A stretch of 64,000 bases of DNA from NCBI GenBank assembly GCA_950097015.1, contig CATNEN010000007.1, positions 3,162,001 to 3,226,000 on the forward strand, read 5' to 3'. Position numbers and translations under genes: made by a program. A model generated the notes under the pieces. That model worked only from the letters and a program-made list of their open reading frames with translations. It was not told the DNA's origin and ran no database searches. This document shows positions 48,047 through 64,000 of this stretch, in pieces. This DNA comes from Macrostomum hystrix (Eukaryota; Animalia; Platyhelminthes). The first letter of the stretch is position 1; each line of letters begins with the position of its first letter.

Positions 48047-49720
48047 TCACCGATGCGAAATAAGCTGATGATGATAGGCCTGACCTCCGGAGGCGGCTGC
48101 CACGGCGGCTGCTGCGGCGGCTGCTGCGGCGGCGGCGTTGCCACCATGCGCCTGCGAGCAGCTGGCCATGTGCTGCGGCCAGTGCCTCTGCTGGCATTTG
48201 GCGTCGCAGTAGGATGTGTTCCAGCAGCAGTAGAAGAAGGCCTCCTTGCCGCAGAACGCGCACCACTGCTTCCGCTTGGCCTCCTCCAGCTGACGCCTCG
48301 AGTCGTTCTCGAAGGCCTGGCAGGCCGCCGTCAGCACGTTTTGCTTCTCGATGTCGAAGGCGGCCCTGAGCTCGCACATGGCCAGCCGGTGGTTGTGCTC
48401 AAGCTCAAAGGCCTGCAGCTGGTGCAGGAACTGCAGCCGCGCCATCTCCACGGCGTGCTGACGCCTCTGCTGTGACAGCCGCTGGCTGAGGTGGCGCGCC
48501 TGCTCAAGCGCGTCCGTAGTAGCCGTGCTTGATAACGACTGGGCCGTTGTCGGCTGCTGCTGCCGAGCCTGCGAACCCTGCGGCCGATTCTCGGCTAGGT
48601 AGGACTCCACCGCCAAGGCGAACGCCTTCACCGCTTCGGCCTTCACCGACTCCAGCCATTTGGCTGTGACCTCGACGCTAAGCGTTGGAATTTGTGTCTG
48701 GTGCTGGTGCTGCTGCTGTAGCTGCGGCTTTGCATCCTCGGCAACGCCAGCCGCGTAAAGAAACTCCTCGACCAGGCCGATGAGTCGCCGATTCTCCTCA
48801 ATCACCGGGCCGCCGCCGCCAACTTGCTGCAGCCTTCGGTGCCCCATCAGCCGCAGGTCGGCTAAAAAGGCCGCCGATGTTGCGAAGCCCCGACGCGCCG
48901 CCTTCAGACGAAGCGCCGTCAGACTCGACGGACAGCCGCAGCCGTTCATAGCGCCGTCGGCGTCTTCACCAAGTTCGTCGTCATCCTCCTGGTCGCCCGT
49001 CAGCTTGAAGTGCTGCTCGCTGGCCGGGTCCTGCACCAGCGAGTCCACCGCGGCCGTCAGCGCCTCACTCAGGCGCTGCAGTCTTCTGTCGAGCTCCTCG
49101 GAGTCTCCGTCTTCTCCGCAGCCTAGCTGGGCGGCCTCTGAGTCCAGCAGAGCAGCGCACTCGGAGCACGGCCGGCCGCTGTCGGGCCAGCAGGCGCGGT
49201 GGTAGAGTCGCGGGCAGGCTGGGCACCGCGCAGCCGCCATCTCCGACCCGATCAGCTGGCAGCAGGCGAAGCACAGCGGCTTTGTTTCGACGGCCCTGCC
49301 GACGTTTCCGTTGATCATTCGGCGTCGTTTAGGCGACGGCGAAGGCGACGAGGGCGGCGAATCGTCGAGCTGTGCGGCCCGACGCGGCGGGGCTTTCCGG
49401 CTGGTTCGGCGACGTCCCGCGGGCAACTCCGCCGCCTGGTCGGCTGACTGCGCTGCGATCTGCTCGGCTTCAACAGCCCGGCTGGCCTCGTCCTCGTCCT
49501 CGCTGTTCTCGTCCTCAGCCTCCGGCGCCTCGTCTTCAAATTCGCCCTGATAGTCATCGTCTTCGACGGCTTGACGTCGACTTGGCGGCGTCTCTGAGCT
49601 CAGCGCGTCTACATCCGACTGTCGCTCTGTCGGGGAGGGCGGAGAGGTTGGCGCTGGGTTAGCCTGCCAACTGCTGCTGACAACTGGCAGTTCGTCATCG
49701 ATTTTGAGAATATGTTTTTG
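48047..49720 (-). CDS. ZMYND8: ZMYND8 (RACK7/PRKCBP1)-like PHD-(degenerate bromo)-coiled coil-MYND protein; main exon 49720-48047, possible start exon 49852-49832 (MRCCPAE)
   Basis: MYND finger KRKQWCAFCGKEAFFYCCWNTSYCDAKCQQRHWPQHMASC. C4HC3 PHD ligands (CFAC, CPAC, H, C, CSEC). Bromodomain remnant with AFLAD. The frame stays open upstream to acceptor TTGTAG at 49721. The start exon is tentative. Confidence 0.85.
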   Translation of the reverse strand, partial: QKHILKIDDELPVVSSSWQANPAPTSPPSPTERQSDVDALSSETPPSRRQAVEDDDYQGEFEDEAPEAEDENSEDEDEASRAVEAEQIAAQSADQAAELPAGRRRTSRKAPPRRAAQLDDSPPSSPSPSPKRRRMINGNVGRAVETKPLCFACCQLIGSEMAAARCPACPRLYHRACWPDSGRPCSECAALLDSEAAQLGCGEDGDSEELDRRLQRLSEALTAAVDSLVQDPASEQHFKLTGDQEDDDELGEDADGAMNGCGCPSSLTALRLKAARRGFATSAAFLADLRLMGHRRLQQVGGGGPVIEENRRLIGLVEEFLYAAGVAEDAKPQLQQQHQHQTQIPTLSVEVTAKWLESVKAEAVKAFALAVESYLAENRPQGSQARQQQPTTAQSLSSTATTDALEQARHLSQRLSQQRRQHAVEMARLQFLHQLQAFELEHNHRLAMCELRAAFDIEKQNVLTAACQAFENDSRRQLEEAKRKQWCAFCGKEAFFYCCWNTSYCDAKCQQRHWPQHMASCSQAHGGNAAAAAAAAAAAVAAASGGQAYHHQLISHR

Positions 49721-52294
49721 CTACAAGTAGCATATTTTTTCAACTTTGAGCACACAAATACTCTTGGCTAGCCTAGACCGGATGACTGGCTGGTCTGGAC
49801 AGCCACCTGATGCTGCGAGAGCGTTGCTTACCTCTGCCGGACAACACCGCATCCAGTGTCAGCCTACCCACCCCGTCACAAAAACACACCCACTTCCTAA
49901 GCAATGAGCTGCTCATGGCCTCCACTCATTCTCTGCAGAGTCTGTTGCCAGTGGCAACCAGCGGTATATGTAGGCGGATTGAAGGCCCCAGGCACCCGAC
50001 AGCTCAGAGCAGTGAGAGAGAGAAAACGAGGTTGCCATAGCGAATCCTACCTGAGGTTTCCCTCGCCACCCCTCCTCCTACCTGTCCCCCACAACAGGGG
50101 AAAATTTGCCTTCTCATCTGCCCAGCCCCTCAGCCACCCCTGCTGCGGCAGGCACCGTTTGGTTGCAGTTGATCCACAATTCAGGGGCCTTGAAGTGGAG
50201 ATGGGGCGGGTGAGAGGGGAGACATTTGGAATATGAGGCGAATGCGGTGGCCGCTAAGAGAGGCATGAAGATTGGGATAGGGGATATGTCTCATTTTCTC
50301 GGTGTTTTGTGTATTTTATATGCACGTCAGTATTGGCTCTGCGTGTGTCTGTGTGTGTGTCGATGCTGCTTCGGTTCCTAGGGGGAACGGATTAACTTGT
50401 TGCCATAACAGCCATTCTTTGTTAACAATAGCGCCTTTGGATTTGGAGAGAGTGTTTGAGAGAGAGAATGCATTGAGATGGCAGCTGGTGTTTGCGGCTC
50501 CCCTTGCCTGTGACATGGTCGTCTCTGCGGACAATTAGCGCCCGCTGAAGCATCGCTCAGCAGAATCAATCAGAATCAATCACTTACCTGTGACATCTTC
50601 AGCAATCAAATTGACATTCTTACTTATCTTGCTTGATTTTCTAGTCTTAGTGTTTGCCCTTTTTGATATATTCTATTCAAGCGGCAAACACAAAGAGACG
50701 GCACAAGAATGCTCTGAGTACACTAACTAATAAACGCTTAGATTTGAGCAGCTGCATCTCTAATCCCAGCACACTGACTCAACAACCACTGAGTCCATTG
50801 CTTTAAAGAATACTGGACCGTGCCAAAGAGTGCACTGAAATTCCTGTGAGGGAGCATTTAATTGTCTCCTTGGAGTCGCACTGGTCGCGGAGAGAAAAGT
50901 CGATACGGGCTGAATAATATCGATTTTTCAGCAGCCATGAGTTATTACGAGCGTAGATTTTTTTCTCGATTTGAAACTGCTGCCTGCTTTGCTTCGAGTC
51001 TTATCTTAGGAAATAATCTTACTGGTTGATTGTGCTGGCCTCTTACCTTCGGAATCCATTCCTGAGATTAGGGTCCTCTGCTGCTGCTGCTGCTGCTGCT
51101 GCTGATGGAGATTCGGAGGCTGGGTAGCTACGGCCGCCATTGAGAAGCAACCGTGTCAGTGGGTGAGACAAATGTGTCCGACTGCGCCAGCTAGTTATTT
51201 AGCTTAGCCCGAATTTCTTCCTGAACTCAGCTCAAAGGCAGGACGAACAGCTGTACCGCGCCCTGGCCTGAGATATGCTTACAATGTGACACTCGCTCGG
51301 ACACTGAGTGCCGCGTGCAACACTGCAAAATAATAAGAGACAGCCAGCGAGGCACAACAATCGGAGTCGCGGGAGGGGGTGAGAGAGTGCACAGGAAGGG
51401 CCTGAGTCCTGAGCAGGGCCGGGGGCAGCCTGAGCTGTCCCTTCTTTCTAATCTATCATGAAGCAACTGGAGGGTGCGGGCTGAGCAGTTGGGGTGGGCG
51501 ACCAGCCAACCAGAGCAGCCGCGCCCGGGTAGGCTGCCTTTCTGCTGCCCCTGGCAACAGGTAAACAGACTCCCGTGGCAACCAGGGGACAGGAGGGGGT
51601 TGGTTGGCGGCCTGCTCTTTCCATTGCCGCTAAAACCATTTGGCCACACCCAGTGTGCCATCCAGAGCTGCCTGTCTCTCTGCCTCTCCCTCACCCCGAT
51701 GGAGAACGCCGCCCGCATCTGCATATTTTTGCTGATGCTACGCAACGAGAGGCCCGCCCCAAGCCGCGCTATTCAACGCTACCCATAAAATGCGGGACAG
51801 ATAGGGCGGCCTTGAAATGATGCGCTCTGGAGTGCCAGACGGGGGCAGCGGAGAGAGGAGAGGAAGGCAAAGCGCGGTTTGAGCTGGCTTTTTTCTAGAC
51901 TGCATTCCTCTTCTCAGTTTGCGTCGCTGCTTCGTTTGGTGTACTGCCGCGCCGCCTGGGTGAACCGTTGCTATGGCAACCCCGAACACAGAAACACAAC
52001 TGAGCAGGAGGGAAAATAGCGCTGGCTCTGAGTCAGCGGCTGAGTTGCTTTACCTGCGGGCTGACTGGCATCAGTCATCAGTCCGATGAATGCTCACCAG
52101 GTGGAGAGTGGAATAGAGATCAAATTTGATAGAGCACACATGAGCACAATACCATGAGCAGTCTGAGCCGACTTAGACACACTGGCAAACCTCTTGGAAT
52201 GCAATCATTTCACCCAGCTAAGCCGTCAGTCCTGATTGTTTGGCTGAGGAAGTGCCTGCGCTCTAGGCTTTGCCATTTTGACCTTCTTACTCGG

Positions 52295-53865
52295 GACCCT
52301 CACATCTCACCCTCTGGAGATGTCTGGCATCTCACCCTCTGGAGATGTCTCGCATCTCACCCTCTGGAGATGTCTAGCATCTCACCCTCTAGAGATGTCT
52401 GGCATCTCACCCTCTGGAGATGTCTCGCATCTCACCCTCTGGAGATGTCTAGCATCTCACCCTCTGGAGATGTCTAGCATCTCACCCTCTGGAGATGTCT
52501 CGCATCTCACCCTCTGGAGATGTCTAGCATCTCACCCTCTAGAGATGTCTTGTATCTCACCCTCTAGAGATGTCTTGTATCTCACCCTCTAGAGATGTCT
52601 GGCATCTCACCCTCTAGAGATGTCTGGCATCTCACCCTCTAGAGATGTCTGGCATCTCACCCTCTAGAGATGTCTCGTATCTCACCCTCTAGAGATGTCT
52701 CGCATCTCACCCTCTGGAGATGTCTCGCATCTCACCCTCTAGAGATGTCTCGCATCTCACCCTCTGGAGATGTCTGGCATCTCACCCTCTAGAGATGTCT
52801 CGCATCTCACCCTCTAGAGATGTCTCGCATCTCACCCTCTAGAGATGTCTGGCATCTCACCCTCTGGAGATGTCTCGCATCTCACCCTCTAGAGATGTCT
52901 CGCAACTCACCCTCTGGAGATGTCTGGCATCTCACCCTCTAGAGATGTCTGGCATCTCACCCTCTAGAGATGTCTTGCATCTCACCCTCTAGAGATGTCT
53001 CGCATCTCACCCTCTAGAGATGTCTGGCATCTCACCCTCTAGAGATGTCTGGCATCTCACCCTCTGGAGATGTCTCGCATCTCACCCTCTAGAGATGTCT
53101 CGCATCTCACCCTCTAGAGATGTCTGGCATCTCACCCTCTAGAGATGTCTGGCATCTCACCCTCTAGAGATGTCTGGCATCTCACCCTCTAGAGATGTCT
53201 CGCATCTCACCCTCTAGAGATGTCTAGCATCTCACCCTCTGGAGATGTCTCGCATCTCACCCTCTAGAGATGTCTAGCATCTCACCCTCTGGAGATGTCT
53301 GGCATCTCACCCTCTAGAGATGTCTGGCATCTCACCCTCTAGAGATGTCTTGCATCTCACCCTCTAGAGATGTCTCGCATCTCACCCTCTAGAGATGTCT
53401 GGCATCTCACCCTCTAGAGATGTCTGGCATCTCACCCTCTGGAGATGTCTCGCATCTCACCCTCTAGAGATGTCTCGCATCTCACCCTCTAGAGATGTCT
53501 GGCATCTCACCCTCTAGAGATGTCTGGCATCTCACCCTCTAGAGATGTCTGGCATCTCACCCTCTAGAGATGTCTCGCATCTCACCCTCTAGAGATGTCT
53601 AGCATCTCACCCTCTGGAGATGTCTCGCATCTCACCCTCTAGAGATGTCTAGCATCTCACCCTCTGGAGATGTCTGGCATCTCACCCTCTAGAGATGTCT
53701 GGCATCTCACCCTCTAGAGATGTCTCGCATCTCACCCTCTAGAGATGTCTAGCATCTCACCCTCTGGAGATGTCTGGCATCTCACCCTCTGGAGATGTCT
53801 CACATCTCACCCTCTAGAGATGTCTCGCATCTCACCCTCTAGAGATGTCTCGCATCTCACCCTAT
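52295..53865. repeat. 25-bp minisatellite (CATCTCACCCTCTAGAGATGTCTGG), block 1
   Basis: Tandem array; 25-aa periodicity in ORFs. Confidence 0.97.
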
Positions 53866-54974
53866 GGGTTTCGCTTTAAGTATGTGTGCTTACTGTATTT
53901 TGCAAAGTTGAAACACTAAAGCATTGTATAATTTCGCAGTGTCATAGCGCAGCAACAATTACCTGCAGATAGCTCGTATTCAGCCATGCTGCAAATATTC
54001 GGAATGATTAACTATGAGCAATAAAAAATTTGAAAAATGTACAATTAAAATTGCCTTCACAACCTGGCAGATGTGGGTTTCGCGTTGTGCTTGAAATAGT
54101 CTGGACTCGTTCTCCAATACGCTATTGCTTGACAATATTCTGGGGCATCTCATTGTGAAGCTATTGCATGTGGTCTAGGTGGACAACTACTCATATGCGA
54201 CCTGCATTTCTATTATTTAATTATCTGTGCAGCAATACAGTCCTTGCCTATGGCAGCAGCATTATTGTTGTTTGCTTTTTATTTACAGTTTTTTTTCTGA
54301 TCTCTCCTATTTTTTTAAGATTCTTAGCATTGTCTCTTAAGGGAAAGCCTAGACGTAATAAATGTGTCTATCCCATGTAGCTTGTATTTCTCTTTTGTAT
54401 TTATGCAAGCCTTTGTTGTCAATTCTTTCTCTATAACTATCGACAAAAATAGCACACGAAAATTTTGAGCAGGAAAGAGGCATAGCCTAGTGAGGTACTG
54501 ATGAAGGGACTGTTCTGTTTTTTTTTAAACACAATTTCCCTTATATTTCTACTGTTAGTAGACTAGAGCGAAAAATTCTTTCTGTAAGTAACGGTTATGA
54601 GTTAGTTTATCAACACATCTAGCGTTAATTTCTACTGTCAGTAGTCTGACGCGAATGTGCCATTTTATATATTTTAGTTAAGCCACTATATTGATAGCGC
54701 GCATGCGCGCGGCGCATCGTGTGGTGAACTGAGAAGAGATTGGAAAAGTAATTCTGACTGACTCGGCTCGCTAATCTCGCACCGGTAGCTCAGAAATAAA
54801 TCAGCATCTGGCTTCAATCCGTGTTTGCTCTGTGACTCGAAGTTCACTCCAACTGCAGAAAGAGCTGACCATCTGATGTACTTTTTTAATTCTCCCGGAC
54901 TTACCGTATGCTGACGATTTGTGGTTTCCATGGCTACAAACTGCGTGTTGAAAAGTACTTTAATAGAGCGCAAA

Positions 54975-55190
54975 GCTTCACGGACTCTAGGATTCACAGA
55001 CTCCAGGATTCACAGACTCCAGGATTCACAGACTCCAGGATTCACAGACTCTAGGATTCACAGACTCCAGGATTCACAGACTCTAGGATTCACAGACTCC
55101 AGGATTCACAGACTCCAGGATTCACAGACTCCAGGATTCACAGACTCTAGGATTCACAGACTCTAGGATTCACAGACTTATGGATTCACA
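54975..55190. repeat. 16-bp minisatellite (GGATTCACAGACTCCA)
   Basis: Tandem array abutting block 2 of the 25-bp array. Confidence 0.94.
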
Positions 55191-55204
55191 TTATAATAGG
55201 ATTG

Positions 55205-55525
55205 AGATGTATCGCATCTCACCCTCTAGAGATTTCTGGCATCTCACCCTCTGGAGATGTCTGGCATCTCACCCTCTGGAGATGTCTGGCATCTCACCCT
55301 CTGGAGATGTCTGGCATCTCACCCTCTGGAGATGTCTTGCATCTCACCCTCTAGAGATGTCTGGCATCTCACCCTCTGGAGATGTCTGGCATCTCACCCT
55401 CTGGAGATGTCTGGCATCTCACCCTCTGGAGATGTCTGGCATCTCACCCTCTAGAGATGTCTGGCATCTCACCCTCTATAGAGATGTCTCGCATCTCACC
55501 CTCTATAGAGATGTCTCGCATCCCA
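55205..55525. repeat. 25-bp minisatellite, block 2 (same unit and orientation as 52295-53865)
   Basis: Same unit sequence as block 1. Confidence 0.95.
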
Positions 55526-56349
55526 CTCTCCTGAGAGACAGCAAGCAAAGCCCATGTTTCGGCCTTCTTGTGTAATTCGGGATTTAGATCGTTCGCGCCA
55601 CGCGGAGAGTTTAAAAAATGTTGAAATGGATTTGGCAGAATTCCTTGCAACCAACAGAAAATGCCTGCACGGCACAGGAGCTTGAGTTGGTCTCCAATCG
55701 ATATTAAGCTCGCAATTGTCTGCCATGCCAGTAGCACCACACTCGCCTGGTCAGGGAGTTTAGTAAAAGCAAATTTTCCTTTGAGCACACTGCTGAGCAC
55801 GAAAGTTCTTTAGCGCTCTCGAGAGAAACTCCCACACCCGATTGCTTATAGGGCCAAGTCCATTTGTCACACTTTTGCATTTTTATTTCATTGCTCCCCC
55901 ATTGTTCTCAACTGCCGCCACTACCCGACTCTGGGGGGAGGGGAGCAGAGAAAATGCTCAAACTAAACATGCGATCGGGTCTCATCTACTCTCCCGTCTC
56001 ACCCTGCCATATCCTGAACGCCAGCCCCTCCTCCCTCGCCTCAACCCCGCCTCACTCCGAGCCCTTCCGATTCGATGGCACCGCAGGCTTTCAGAAGCCA
56101 ACAGGAAACCGCACAGGGCCCCCACCCCGCCCCCGGGGTCTGCCTGTTTAGTATTGTGGGAGAATTTTGGGCGAAATTGTGGACAGACCGCACAGACAGG
56201 CAGACAGACAGATTTAAGCACGCCGCAAAACACGACCGGGCTGAAGGAACAGCAAGAAGCAGAACAATCAGAGAACATCCGCATTAGCAAGTTGTTATTT
56301 CGCTTGTTCGGCTAGTTTTAAGTTCAGTTTGGCGCCGGCAATGCATTAA

Positions 56350-63333
<6,984 letters not shown>

Positions 63334-64000
63334 GTAATGAGTGTTCAATTTCGTGAGCCTCGAGCTTTCCTGGGTATGGGACCGCCACACAGAAGCTTAT
63401 AAAAGTACAATTAGCTAGGAAATTAATAGGGTTGGGGACAGAGAGCAGCAGCTCCTATTGATAGTTGCGTTTTCGGGAATCTTTTCCTTGAACCGTTTTT
63501 TAGTAAACACAATCAAGGTCCTTGGGTGAGCACAATAAGGTTTTTTGTAGTTCTCGCTTGAGCAGTGCTGGCTCGCGAGATCGAGGGAATAAAAATATTG
63601 GAAACAGAGGCGAGGCCTCTGCCAAACAAGAATGAGAATGAAAGTGAGCATTATTTAAGCCAAGCCTACTGAACAGAGCCAATCGATAAACTGCTAACAA
63701 TATTCGCTAGACTGAGCGAGCAAGGTCATCAATACCGGTCCTCCACCCGCTAGACTGAACTATAGAACAGCCATTGCAATCAGCATATTGGTGCAGCTAT
63801 GATAGCATATAAGCTATAGGTATCGCATTGGACCGCACACAATAATCTGCGAACTAGAATTGCGGTTAAGAGTAGGAGAGGAAAGCAAAGAGGATTGGGG
63901 ATTATTGAAAATTCGAATGGGCATTTTAGCGATTCTCGGCACGGCCTTATTGCGTGAGCGCATTTTCACAGTCCTATTTTAGTGATATAGGAATAGCCTC

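Overview
Eukaryotic (animal) genomic DNA with GC-rich, polyQ/polyA-rich exons and GT-AG introns. Introns and intergenic regions are packed with about 18 unrelated 15-36 bp minisatellites. This style suggests a free-living flatworm such as Macrostomum, which is an inference only. Contents in order: (1) a ~16.4 kb inverted duplication carrying two tail-to-tail copies of an eIF4E-transporter (4E-T/EIF4ENIF1/Cup-like) gene, around a centre of mirrored 30-bp arrays and a decayed Ty3/gypsy RT fragment; (2) an internally deleted Helitron with both termini and a nested hAT-type MITE; (3) a PTP1B/TC-PTP-family phosphatase followed by an orphan exon that resembles the TC-PTP C-terminal tail; (4) four tandem CBR1-like carbonyl reductases; (5) a divergent calmodulin-like gene; (6) AF10/MLLT10; (7) a ZMYND8-like gene lacking PWWP; (8) the first two exons of junctophilin. 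The most striking pattern occurs in both duplicated gene sets. Paralogous exons are nearly identical, while the adjacent introns or flanks are unalignable, with breakpoints at splice sites. In the CBR array the substrate-pocket loops escape this homogenisation. All homology calls come from recalled family motifs and by-eye comparison; no database search or alignment was run.
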